NCBI RefSeq assembly: GCF_009834535.1
Contig: NC_045696.1
Span: 121,026,001-121,090,000, forward strand
DNA from: Camelus ferus
Lineage: Eukaryota
DNA length: 64,000 nucleotides
Direction of reading: 5' to 3'
Below the pieces are notes generated by a model. That model saw nothing but the letters and a program-made list of their open reading frames with translations. It was not told the DNA's origin and did no database searches. How positions within the stretch are numbered: the stretch's first letter is position 1; the number at the start of each line of letters is the position of its first letter. The position numbers were made by a program, and so were the translations under genes. Below, piece after piece: positions 12,070-25,168 of this stretch.

Positions 12070-12680
12070 TAAATTTTTTTTAATTTATTTTGAAAAATGT
12101 CAAGCCTGTAGAAAAGTTGCAGGGATCACACAATAAACACCTATGTCTCCTTCACCCCGATTCACCAGGTGTTGACATTTCGCCACATTTGCATAATCTC
12201 TCTACATCTATCTATATGTAAATTATTATAATTATTATTACCATGGTGTAATTTGAGAATAAATTTCATTCACCATGACTGTTCACGTCTGAATATTTAA
12301 ATGTGCAGCTCCGAAGAACAAGGACATTCCTTTATATAATCACAGTAAATGATTCAATTTAAGAAATTTCACACTGATGTACTATTTAATATAGCAATCC
12401 ACATTCAGATTTTACCAGTTGCCCCAATAATGGCCTTCACAGGATGCAGACCCGGATCACACACTGTGTTCAGTTGTTGTACCTCTTTGGTGCCATTTAT
12501 TCTGGAACATACCCTCAGTTCCGTGCCATCGTTCGTGATACTGACATTTTTGAAGGCCAGTTGTTGTGTAGAATGTCCCTCAGTTTGGATTTTTCTGGCT
12601 ATTTCCTCATGAGTAGATCCAAGTTATGTATTTTTTATCCTATATAAGAGATGCTGTGTCCCTCTGAATTTTTAAAAACA
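12070..12680 (-). mobile_element. Old L1M 3' fragment
   Basis: 'caagcctgtagaaaagttgc...aacaaggacattc...gacatttttgaag...ttgtgtagaatgtccctcagtttgg' typical of ancient L1 3' ends. Confidence 0.6.
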
Positions 12681-13299
12681 TAATTTTCAGAACTTGCAGA
12701 CATACACAGAATTAGCCAGAAGAGCACTGTTAATTCCAGTGGACTCATCAGCCAGCTCAACAGGCAGCAGCTCGTGGCAAACCGTGTTTTGTCCCTAGTG
12801 CCGTCCATTCTCCCACACTGCTTTTAGGAGCAGACCCCTCCTCATATCTCTTCATCCATCAGTCTTTCAGTAACACGTGAACTGCAACTTGCTCTTCAAC
12901 ACCTTCCCGTGGGTGTTCATGAGGCATTTCAAACTCAGGATGTTCAAAACTGAACTCCTGGTTTCCCCACCGAATTCGCTTCCTCCGTGGCTTTTACTCC
13001 ACCTTTACATAAGGACCTGGCTCAGAACCAGCCTTCCAGCCTGGCTGTCGGTGCCTCTCAAGGCTTCGTGTGGAGGGTTACAGGTACCAGGCAAACCGCT
13101 TCATCTCCTCCCTCGAGAGCGAGGCTCTGCGAGGAAGTTGGGAGGATCACGCAATGGTTGTAGGGCAGGATTTCTCCACGTGCCCTCAGCTAGGAGACCC
13201 TGGGGTTCCATGAGCCTGCAGGGTCCGGAAAGGGTGGACCCAGTACAGCAGTCAGGAGGGAGGGCACCAGGCCAGGGACAGCGACTGCTGGGGTCTATG

Positions 13300-13490
13300 T
13301 CCTCGCCTCTCATTGCTAGCATGTGTCCTCGGACGAGTTACCCGACCTGCTTTGGCCTGAGACTTCTCCTCTGTAAAAGGTAATGGTTCCTACCTCATGG
13401 GGTTTTCTGAGGGTTAGCTGGGATTACGAATAGATGAAATGCACTTAGGGTATTTCACGGCACAGAGTAAATGCTCAATAAATGTTAATG
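13300..13490. mobile_element. MIR SINE
   Basis: 'ttctcctctgtaaaaggtaatggttcctacctcatggg...cacagagtaaatgctcaataaatgtta' MIR core and tail. Confidence 0.7.
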
Positions 13491-15679
13491 ACTTAAAATA
13501 GCCTCTCAGTATACAGGTGGTTGCTTCCTTTTGAGAGCCCTAAGCCAAATATCCGGAGGTGTTGGCACACTCTAGCCTGTTAAGTGATGTTTTATACCTG
13601 AGGGCATCTGTGGGCAAAGAAGCTGTGCGTGAGGACGTTTGTCGAGCATTGTTTTAGCATGCAAACAGAGGGACCAGTTCTCTGGGACAGGGTCATGAAG
13701 TTGTTGAATGTGAAAGCCAACCATGTACTGTCCTCCAGCACTTGGCTTGCTGTCAGGGCCACTGCTTACTCCTGCTGGAGACCAGCCACAAATGGAACTC
13801 CCTACAGGGGCCCAGGCAGCAGTCCCCTGAGCAGTTGTTAGGTGGCGCCACTCAGAGTCATTGGAATGTCTGCAGAATCACAAGAAATCGGTGTGGACCT
13901 CCTTACTGGCTGAGGAATTTCCACGTACATTTGATGAGATGTTGCTATTCGTATATAGATGGGTGGATGGATGGATGGATGAGTGGATTGGCCTTTGTGC
14001 CTCCATGGGCCTCCAGAAGCCTCTACCTTCAGGGCAGGGGGTTTCTGGTTTTCTGTTAAGAAGAGCTTTCTTTACCGCCATCAACTGGTTTCAATTCCAG
14101 GCCTGGCTCCACGCTCAGCTGGAGGCCCTATGGAATGACGGCAGGTCAGCCTGCAGCAGTGAGGATGTAGGTGGCACACTGTCCCCAAGGGACCACGCCT
14201 GTCACTCACCCAGGCCAAGGCCGTGAGTCAGGCCATGAAGGCCTGCTCTGTCTGAATGAATGGTTAGCAGTTGGCACTGGAGAACAGCTGTGGTTATGAA
14301 TGTAGACCTGTGAATAGTTACATGCTAGGCCCTGCCATTCTGAGTCCCTTTATTTCCCAGAGAATTGTCATGAGGAGAGCCAGGTTTGGGATTAAGTCTC
14401 AGGCACCTCAGAGCAGTTGTTCCTAAGGTTTTTGGACCCACGAAGTCTGTCATTAGAGAGATTTGCTACTGAGGAAATTCCGAGGCTGAACTTCTGGCTT
14501 CCCTGTGAGGGACTTGTCAGATTCTTGCCTTAGTGCCTGGGGACAGTGGGGATAGGAATGGCCTCCACTGTCTTGGTCAGTTGGACCAAGTTCTTGGGAT
14601 GGGATCCACATCACTGAGACTCAGCCTGAGAGTGAGAAGCCATAGAGAAGGCCTGAGGGTCTGAGGGAGCACCCGAGCCCATTTCTCCAGTTGGAGTTTG
14701 CTTCCCTGAAGTGCATCTGGGCCCTAGAGGGGTGGCATCTCTTTGTGGTGACCACAGCTCTGAATCACCTCTGCATTGCCAATTCATGCAGAGGGCACAG
14801 GAAAAACAAAATATTGTCTGCATGGATGTGTGTCCCTGCTTTTGGGACACATATATCAGGCTTCTTGATGTTGTCCCACAGCTCACTGCTGCTCTGGTCA
14901 TTTTTTTAAGCCTTCCCCCCACCACCCCCGCCATCTGTTTCATTTTGCATAGTTTCCATTGCTATGGCTTCCATTTAGCAAATCCTTTCTTCTGCAGTGT
15001 CTAATCCCATCCAGCGTATTTTTCATCTCAGACATTGTATTGTTCATCTCTGCCCTCGTCTGCTAGCTTTGACATGGGTGTGGTTTCTGGGTTAGTCTGG
15101 ATGGACTGACTTCTCTCCTTGTTGTGGGTCATATTTTCCTGCTTTTAGTGTGCCTGGTGATCTTTTACTGAATGTCAGGCATTGTGAATTTTGCCTTGTA
15201 GGGCACTGAGTATTTTTGTATTCCAGTAAACAGTCTTGAGCTTTGTTTTTAGATGCAGCTGAGCTACTCAGAAATAACTTTATACAGCTGTGCTACGTGG
15301 GACCAGAGCAGCAGTGAAACTATGCCTGCTTATTGCCCATGACCACAGCAAGACCCTTGTGTGTGTTCTGCTCATGTGGCCAGCGAAGTCTACAGTGTGG
15401 TACTGAACGCGGATCTGGCAGGTGGGGGGAGACACTGTCCCGGCCCTGCGGGAGCTCCGAGCTCTGCTGCCTCTAACTCTCTCACGGGGTTCCCCTCAGG
15501 GATTTCCTCCCAACCACACACTGACCTGCACTGAGCTGTGTCATGAGTCTCTGTGTGCAGTACACAGATGCTTCTTTGTTTTAAATTTTTAGAAACTGCC
15601 TTTGTTTTATTACTTTTGTTTCTTGATTATTTGAAGTGTTTCCATGTGTCCAAAGTCAAATTCATAAAAGGGCATATTT

Positions 15680-15800
15680 TGGGTGGTGGGAAAAGTAACT
15701 AGGTTTTATTTATTTTAATGGAGGTACTGGGGATTGAACCCAGGACCTTGTCCATGCTAAGCACATGCTCTACCACTGAGTTATACCTCCCCCCCACAAC
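15680..15800 (-). mobile_element. tRNA-Ala-derived camelid SINE (Vic-1-like) with perfect 14-bp TSD
   Basis: Reverse complement gives 'ggtataactcagtggtagagcatgtgcttagcatggacaaggtcctgggttcaatccccagtacctcca' plus AT-rich tail; TSD aaaagggcatattt at 15666-15679 and 15801-15814. Confidence 0.9.
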
Positions 15801-18800
15801 AAAAGGGCATATTTAAGGAAGACTAGCATCTATCCATGACGCCTTACCCTAAGGTCTCCCCTTCCCAGAAGGGAATCATTTTTTAATTTTTTATGGCTTG
15901 TTCTTTCATTTTTAAAATATATTCAAATATTTTTTAAGAAATTGATATATTCTTAAGAAATTGATAGCACATTATGCAACTTTTACTGCCTTCACTTGGG
16001 AACATACCCTGGAGATCACTTCACAATAGCATGTAGCAGTACACTTCATTCTGCACATAGCTTTCAGCATTTCCTTCGTGTGGATGGACTGCCGTCTGTT
16101 CACCTGTCCCCTGGGTGGTCATATGGGGTTCCCAGTCCTTAGCTATTACAAATAGTTCTATACTGAATGACATTGTGCACTCAGCTTTTTTGTTTTGTTG
16201 CCAGTTTACCTTTTGAGAGAGATTTCTGTAAGTGGAATTTCTTGGTCAAAGGACAAATGCACAATATTATTTTGGTTATTATATATTATATTTGGTTATA
16301 AAAACACAATATTATTTCCAAACATCATTTTGCATTCCCAGCAGCAGTGTACAAGAATTCCTTCTCCTCCTTTTCCACACAGAGTACATTATCAACCTTT
16401 TGTATTATATTATCTTCCTAGTTCTATTTATCCTTTTTGTAAATGTAGTCTTTCACTGTGGTGTCTATTTTACTTGCTTTGGGTATATTTTTTGCAATTT
16501 AGGTTGCTGTATTTTCATCTCTCTCAGCAAACACACTTGAGAGTCGAGTTCTCAAAATGTCTCAAAGTCTAGATTTGGAGTGGAAGGGAAGAAGCCACTT
16601 TTGGCCTCAGGTTTCAGCTCAGGTTTCCAACACAGTTTACCAGAAACATTGCTTATTGGGAGTCAAATGGTGTTGCTCACACATGTGAATAAAAAGCAAT
16701 ACTTTTTTTTCAACTAGCCAGTTAGTAGGAGATTTTTGTGTGAGCTGTGTAATGTGGTGAAGGGGTTCATAGGTGCTGAGATACCTAACATGTAGGAGGA
16801 CTGCCTCTCCGGGGCTCTGATTTGGTGTCAGAAGTGGGATGACTCACGTCAGGGTGGTGATGCGCAGGGTCACGTCCACATGGGCACTGCTTCTGCTCTG
16901 GGGAGGCACTTGGCACACAGTCCTTACTGAGGAACAGGGAAGAAGGCTGGCCCTTAGGAGCTGCTCCGGCCCAGGGTGTTTAGTGGACCGCACTCACGAC
17001 TTGTCTGTGCAAGCACGCCCAGCACAGCGCACACCCTTCCGGTGCTCAAAACTGGCTGATGTATTTATGTGCACATCGCAGGCACAGCCTGCCCAGGTGG
17101 CACTCGACAGTGTTGTCAGCTGCTCTGAGGGCAGAGCCTTCCCTGAGCGCCGCAGGGCTGCCCAGAGTTTCCCGGCAGTTTCATCGTGGAACTCTCATGT
17201 CAGCTGTTTGGAAAGGTCTCACCAAGGTCAGAGCACAGCCCTGGTGGAGTGCTGTGACGAGGGCTGAAGTCAGCTCTTTAGGGGCTGTAGAAGGCACCAG
17301 GAGATTCTATACGTAACACTGAGGTCACACGTGGTCATTGGCTCACTCTTGAATGGATGGCTCCATCCAAGTTCTTGAAATGATACTTTCAACTACAGGA
17401 AGGCCTTGACTGAGGAAGGTCACACTGAAGATGAGAAGTCCACAGCCTTTACTGTCCTTCTCGTTAACCTGATACAGAGCTCATGGCACAGCAGCAACCA
17501 CTTGTAAAAATGGCGGTAGAGCAGGAAGCGTGTGAGAAATGTTCCCCAGACAGAGTAGCACGAGGCTGGCAATACTGTCAGCTCAGGTTCTGAACCGGAC
17601 CAAAGCCGTGGCAGTGTTCCTGCGGAGGGAAGCTTGCTTCCTCCGTGCCGGGGAGCGTGCCCAGCCGGACACCCCACCCTGGGCAGCGCTCACCGCGTCC
17701 CCGCGGGGTGGGCAGCGCTCTCTGCTCTAAAGGAGGAGGCGGAGAAACGGCCCCACTGTCGCACAGCTGGCAAGTGGCAGAGCTACATTTCCAATGGAAA
17801 CCTGGTTACTTCTAAAACCACCGCTGGGAACCACCACTGAGGTGGGTGGTGACAGTGCCAGCAAGTGACACAAGGCTTGGGTCCCTCAGGAACTCTAAGG
17901 GGCCCTTCGAGTACCACAAGCCTGGCAGCAGGCAGCAGCACTCGTTCTCATCGGTGGTCACAGGACGTGCCAGCCCATTGAGGATGAAGACTCTGTGACA
18001 GAAGAGCTAAGGAGACGCCGGGCCACAGCCAGTGCGCGGGCTCGGGCTGCTGCTGCCGGCCTCCGCCCCGCCACGTGCTATCGGGGTCAGTGGGGACTGC
18101 CTCTGTACTTCAACAGCTCGGGCTTCTCCTTGGTCAAATGTAGACATTTAATACAAAGAACTTTCTGCCTGAGGTTTCCAAGTGCTTTATGAGCAAAGCT
18201 CATTGGGTCTTGCTGATTGAAATAACCCTTCAGTGGAGAAACAGATGCAGCGGTGGTGGTTTTCTCCTCTGCTTTTCAGATCTCACTGAAGAGGTGTTCG
18301 TTGTGCCTCAAGTGTTCCCTCTCGTTAATAAAAGGTCGGGGTCGGGTAGCACTTCTGAAGGAGCCGCTGATTGAAAGCAGCATTTCAATTTCAAAACAAC
18401 AAACAACAGCTTGTATGTAAGGAGGGCTTGGGGACCAGCAAACCGAGGGCTCCTTCCCCACAGAGCAGCAGCCGTTCCAAATCTATACGTCAGCTTCAAG
18501 AGAGGGTCTACGATCAATTATCGTGCTTTCCTTAGAGCCTGTCAGACGGGAGGGGCTGTGTTGTCCGTGCGTCAGGGAGAAGCCTGGCACCTGGCGAGGG
18601 AGGCTGGCCACCAGGAGTGTGGTTCACAAGGCTGGGGTGAGCACCAAGCACCACCCCGTGTGGCCACACCCAGGAAGTTCTGAGGAGGCCCCTTCCTGCT
18701 CAGGGATGGACAGGTCCTCGCACTGCTCAGCTGACGCCCCTCCCTCGGATGGGGCCATTCTGTCTGATTCCTGCCCTAGGAACGACTCCCCTCTTCCTGT

Positions 18801-19179
18801 GAAGGTAGGTTCAGCCTCGCAGCTGTCACCCACGTGCCGGCCGGCCTGTCCTGCCCCTCCAGGGCTGGGCACCTTTGGGTCACATCCTAAGTGTGGTGCT
18901 TGGGTGGCTCACAGCCCTCCCTGGGACATCTGCAAACCCCCAGGTACCCTGAGCATCTCCTTCTCTGTCTCTGTTGCCTCTATCCCACGCCATATTGGCT
19001 GAGACTGAAAATGTAGCCTCCTTACTCATTTTGCTTAACATCCCTGCTCCCTCCATCACCTCTATGGGCACTGGACTTTTTTGTAGATTTGGAAGCTGGT
19101 GGTAAAGGCTTCATGTCCCTAGGACTTAAGCAGCTTCAAATGATCATTAGGCTTCCCTGTTCTTAAAAATGCTATTACC

Positions 19180-19560
19180 TGTCACAGGTAGACTCACTGG
19201 AAGGCAGGCTCTGAGATGATTTCCGTGCAGGAAGTTTTCCGGCAGGGGCCGGCTTGTCTGGGTCCACGATGTGGAGGAGGAAAGGAAGCTGGACGGGGCC
19301 AAGGGTGAGCTGGGCTGCAGTACCGTCTCAGGGGGCCTTGCCAACTGCATGGGTGCACTGAAGCTGGGGTGACCCTGCCTGCAAAGTTGTCCCATGTTGG
19401 CTAGAGGGGACGGGGCTTGAGAGCCCTGGACCCACCAGTCACCAGCTGCAGGAATGCAGGAGGCAGTGCTCCCGCCTGGGGAAGGAGGCTTTAGTCCTGA
19501 TGAGGACTCCTGAGGTGCAGCCCATTGTCCGCTGCCACCTCCCAACCCACACAGTGCCCT
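19180..19560. mobile_element. Degenerate MaLR LTR (MLT1-like)
   Basis: 'gaaggcaggctctgagatg...tgcaggaagtttt...tgagctgggctgcagt' motifs; boundaries approximate. Confidence 0.45.
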
Positions 19561-20759
19561 CCATTCCCAAGTGCATTCCGTTCTCTGTCGTCTCAGGAGA
19601 AAATCAGTGTCCTCGGGCCAGCGCCTCAGGCCCTCCTTCTCTATGGCTTTTGCTCACATCTGTGTCCTCAGGACATCAACTTTCCCCGAAAAGGTCTTCT
19701 GTACATACTTTTTCTAAACACGTGTGTGTGTGCACACACCAGCTGAAGTGTAACACACTCGTACCCGAGTTCCATTTGTTCCATTTCAGTGACAGTGGGA
19801 GGTATCAGAGGTAAATCACTGAAATGAGCGGCACGCAGACTGTAGAATCTGAACAATCGGGGTTTGCAGCTGGGCTCCTCCTCTTTCTCCGTGGTCTCAG
19901 ACGAGCCCGTTTGCCTCCACGTCTCTGTTTGTTCGCATGTGACATGGAAGCGTGTTAGCGCAGGCGTCCGCGGACACCCGGCCGATGCCTCCCTGCTCAC
20001 ACCTCTTTCCTGACCCTCCAGTTGCCGCTTTACATCCCTGACTCTGGGAGCTGGTGTGTCACTGACTATGAAGGTGCTTGTTCTGTTAGGTTTTTTCACA
20101 AAACTTTCCCACAGATTTGAAATGCTGCTTCCAAGAAAACGACCCTAAAGAGGCCCTTCGGTTGTCAATTGCAAACCGATGTCCAGGGTTGGGGGGGAGG
20201 GGTCACAGGGTCCAGGACTTCTCAGTGACGTCCATGTTCTCGGACCAAGGCTTGCCCAAGGTTTGCTTCTTCAGTCTTCCTGGTGTCTCCTGGTTACACT
20301 CCCTAGTTCGAGTTTTTTTTTTTTTTCCTAAAGCCATAAATCGAATATGTTCTATGTCTTTGATTCCGGTTAAGACCACGCCTGCGTTGTAGCAAACTTG
20401 TGCTTCTCCCAGCGGGAGGCAATAGGCATTGTTTTGAAACAATGAAGCATGTTTATGATAAAATTAGAATAAATTAGCACAGCTGTTCCTATATTACTTT
20501 GAAATATCTTTCGTCCGTTCAGTGCTGAAAACCCTAACCACCACCAGGAGCCACAGGTTAAGCAGAAAGTCTCACGTTTATTGCTGAGTTTGTTGAGTTT
20601 TGACTCTACCCTTTTTTCCTCCTTTCAAAAGAACCGGTTTATTTTAATTGGCTAAATATCAATGTAAAACATTTAAATAGATAATATATTACTGGCTGCA
20701 TTCTTGAATGCCTTCAAAATCTGCACAGTTATATATCAAATGCTTTTCAAAAATATTTT

Positions 20760-22875
20760 TTCTTCCAGTTTTATTGAGATGTAACTGATGTATAACACTG
20801 TATAGGTTTAGGGTGCACAGCATGACAACTGGACTTACATCACGAAGTGACTTACATGTCATAACACATCATGCAATGATTATCACAGTAAGTTTAGTGG
20901 ACATCCTTCATCTCATAGATACAAAATAAAACAAAAAGAAAATTTTTTTCCTTGTGATGAGAACTCTTAGGATTTACTCCTAAGCTGTTAAAACTTTCAT
21001 CTATAATGTACGGCAGTGTTAATTATATTAATCATGTTGTACATTCCTAGTACTTAATTATCTTATAACTGGAACTTTGTGCCTCTTAAATGCCTTCATC
21101 TAGTTCCCCCTCCCCACAGCCCCCACCTCAGATAACCACAAATTGGATCTTTTTCTATGTGTTTGTTTGTTGAGCTATAATTGACCTGTGACACTGTTAG
21201 TTTTAGGTGCACAACATAGTGATTCGATATTTCTGTATGTTACAAAATGTTCCCATGATAAGTCTGGTTAAGATCTGTCACCATACGGAGATGTTACAGT
21301 GTTACTGACTGTGCTCCCAGTGCTGTGCATTTCATCTCCTGTGACTCATTTATTTTGTAACTAGAAGTTTGTGCCTCTTCATCTCCCTCACCTGTCTGTG
21401 CATCTGTTTCTGTTTTGTTATGCTTGTTTTTTCACTTATTTTGTTTTTTAGATTCCACACCTAAGTGAAATCATATGGTATTTGTCTTTCTCCTCTGATT
21501 TATTTCACTTAGTGTAATCACCATGTGGTCACAGACGACAAGATTTCATTCTTGTTACGGCTGAGTAATATTCCATTGTGTTTATACACCTTATCTTCTT
21601 TATCCAGTCATCCGGGGGTGAACACTTAGGTTGCTTCCATATCTTGGCTGTTGTAAATAATGCTGCAGTGAACATGGGGTGCATATGTCTTTTCAAATTA
21701 GTGTTTTGTTTTCTTCAGGTAAATACCCAAAAGTGAAACTGCTGGATCATGTGGTAGTTCTACTTTTAGTTTTTTGAGGAACCTCCGTGCTGTTTTCCAT
21801 AGTGGCTGCAGCAATTTACATCCCGACTAACAGAGCACAAGGGTCCTCTTTTCTCCACATCTTCACCAACACTTGTTATTTCTTGCCTTTTTTGATAATA
21901 GCCATTCTGACAGGTGTGAGGCACTATCTCACTGTGGTTTTGATCGCATTTCCCTGACGATGAGCAATGCTGAGCGTTTATTCATGTGTCTGTGTACTAT
22001 CTGTGTGCCTTCTTTGGAAAAATGCCTATTCAGATTCTTTGCCCGTTTCTTAATTGGGTTGCTTGTTTTTCTGATGTTGAGTTGTATGAATTCTTTATAT
22101 ATTTTAGATATTAACCCCTGATCAGACATATCATTTGCAAGTATCTTCTCCCAGTCAGTAGATGTGGCCTCTTCATTTTGTTGATAGTTTCCTTCACTGT
22201 GCAAAAACTTTTTAGTTTGATGTAGTCCCATTTATTTATTTTTGCTTTTGATTCCCTTGCCTGAGAAGACAGATCCAAAAAGAAAAAAAAAAAAACTACT
22301 GCTAAAATCAACATCAAAGAAAAACTGCTTATATTCTCTTCTAGAAGTTTCATGATTTGGGGTCTTACATTTAAGTCTTTAATCCATTTTGAGTTTGTTT
22401 TTGTATATGGTGTGAGACAGTAGTCCAATTTGATTCTTTTTCATGTAGCTGCTCCATTTTCCCAAATACCATTTACTGAAGAGACTGTCTTTTCTCCAGT
22501 GTGTATTCTTGCCTCCTTTGCTTTAGATTAATTGACTGTATAAGTGTGAGTTCATTTCTGGGCTCTGTATTCTGTCTCATTGATCAGTGTGTCTGTATCT
22601 GCGCCAGTACCACACTGTTTAGATTACTGTAGCTCTGTAGTCAGAAATCAGAGTGTGAGAAACTCCCAGCTTTGCTCTTTTTTCTCAAGATGATTTTGAG
22701 TACTTGGGATCTTTTGGATTTCCATACAAATTTTTAAATTATTTGTTCTAGTTCTATGAAAAATGCCATTGCTATTATACAAGGGATTGCATCGAATCTG
22801 TAGACTGCCTTGGGTAAGATGATTATTTTAACAGTATTAATTCTTCTAATCCGTGAGCATGGGATATCTTTCCAA
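20760..22875 (-). mobile_element. L1 (L1MA-like), about 2.1 kb of ORF2 end plus 3'UTR
   Basis: Minus-strand ORFs 22111-22428 ([19 protein letters not shown]...[15 protein letters not shown]) and 21929-22231 are L1 ORF2p C-terminal sequence; frameshifted. Confidence 0.92.
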
Positions 22876-23943
22876 CCCATCATCTAGGTCTCTCCACAGA
22901 CTGATCATGCCCGAGGCAGGAATGGGTCCTCTTGGCCCCTGTGCTGCGCCGTGCGGGCCGTGCCAGGGCTGCAGAGCCCTGCTCTAGTGCTCGGTCACAG
23001 GCCCAGCCTTGACAGCAGCACCAGCAGGAAGCTGAGCACATGTGGTCCTGTCTCACCAGCATCCAGGTGGAAATGAGACGGGCAAAGGAACTCCCTCTGC
23101 TCCTGCATCCTCTCACAAGAGGACAGAAGAAAGGATTGTTTTCCAGTGTATTTCTTCTAACCCACGGTGTTCCTGTCCCAGGAAATGATAATGTTCATCA
23201 TGGATAAAAGCCGAGAACTGGCTGAGCCTGGAGAGAAGCAGGGCAGGAGGGAGCACGCAGCTGACAGGCGCAGGCAGCTGCACCGGCCAAGGGCTCTGCC
23301 TCCTGTGTCTCTTGTTCAGGCCATTGTTCCTGGACGAGTGTCCACTAGGCTCTGGGCCCAGCGTTGTCCCTGCTGAGGCGACGCTGCCACACTCCCTGGA
23401 ACCCCACCAGGCACTTGATGTGGGAGCCTCTGGACAGCTTGTGGTCAGGCACCCGGATTTCTACACATCTGCTCGACTCCCCAAGATGAGAAATCTGCTC
23501 ACTGGAGACATAAGATCTTCTCCAATTACCTTCCAACACTGCTCCACCTACTTTGGAATCACGTTCCAGTCCCAGTTTACACCAAATGCCAAGAAATATG
23601 GCCCCAAGCCTCAATAAGCAGTGTTAGTCCTCATTGCCTTCAGTACCATTTCTTGAGCCCCTGCTGTTTGCAGAGGATGGTGGAGTGAAGAGAGAAACAG
23701 AAGACATAGTCTTTGCCTTCGGAAGACTGAAATTCTACTGTGCTGAAAAATGTATTTATTTTCTAACTCTTTGTCAAAAGGACATGAAAATCAAAAAACC
23801 AGTTGACATGTATGAAGAGCATGCTTTGTGGATCAGAGCTTGCCTCTAACACCTGAGAGAAGTGTATTTAATCCATTTTCACATCAAATGCAGTGCACAA
23901 TAAGGCTAATAAAATAATATGTATAGAAAATGAAGATCATGGA

Positions 23944-25168
23944 AATCTCCTAGAAGAAAACATAGGCAAAACATTATCTCACATACATCTCAGCAATGCT
24001 CTCCTAGGGCAGTCTACCCAGGCAATAGAAATAAAAGCAAAAATAAACAAATAGGGCCTAATGAAACTTACAAGCTTTTGCACAGCAAAGGAAGCCATAA
24101 GAAAAACAAAATGACAACCTATGGAATGGGAGAATATATTTGCAAACGATGAGACTGACAAAGGCTTGATCTCCAGAATATATAAGCAGCTCATACGACT
24201 TATATAAGAACAAAGCAAACAACCCAATCCAAAAATGGGCAGAAGAACTGAACAAGCAATTCTTCAATGAATAGCCAATAGGCACATAGGCACATGAAAA
24301 AATGCTCAATATCACTAATTATCAGAGAAATGCAAATCGAAACTACAATGAGGTATCACCTCACACCAGTCAGAATGGCCATCATTCAAAAGTCCACAAA
24401 TGACAAATGCTGGAGAGGCTGTGGAGAAAAGGGAACCCTCCTACACTGTTAGTGGGAAGGTAGTTTGGTGCAGCCATTGTGGAAAACAGCATGGAGATTC
24501 CTCAAAAAAGTAAAAACAGACTTACCATAGGACCCAACAATCCCACTTTTGGGCATATATCCAGAGGAAACCTTAATTCAAAAAGACACCTGCACCCCAG
24601 TGTTCATAGAAGCACTATTTACAATAGCCAAGACATTGAAACAACCATCAACAGATGACTGGATAAAGTAGAAGTGGTATATTTATACAATGGAATACTG
24701 CTCAGCCATAAAAAAGAATCAAATAATGCCATTAGCAGCAACATGGATGTCCCTGGAGATTGTCATTCTAAGTGAAATAAGCCAGAAAGAGAAAGAAAAA
24801 TACCATATGATATCACTCATATGTGGAATCTAAAAAAAAGGAAAAAGAAGACACTAATGAACTTATCTGCAAAACAGAAACAGACTCACAGACATGGAAA
24901 ACAAACTTATGGTTATCAGAGGGGAAGGGGGTGGGAAGGGATAAATTGGGAGTTTGAGATTTGCAGATACTGACTGGTATATATAAAATAGATAAACGAG
25001 TTTATACTGTATAGCACAGGGAACTATATTTGATATCTTAAAGTAGCTTACGGTGAAAAGAATATGAAAAGGAATATATGTATATTCATGAATGACTGAA
25101 GCATTGTGCTGTGCACCAGAAGTTGACACAACATTGTAAACTGACTATACTTCAACTAATAAAAAAAT
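23944..25168 (+). mobile_element. Camelid-type L1, 5'-truncated (about 1.2 kb) with A tail and degenerate 18-bp TSD
   Basis: ORF2 C-terminal sequence ('gaaatgcaaatcgaaactacaatgaggtatcacctcacaccagtcagaatggcc') and 3'UTR; TSD gaaaatgaagatcatgga (23926-23943) / gaaaatgaagttcaggga (25169-25186). Confidence 0.92.
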
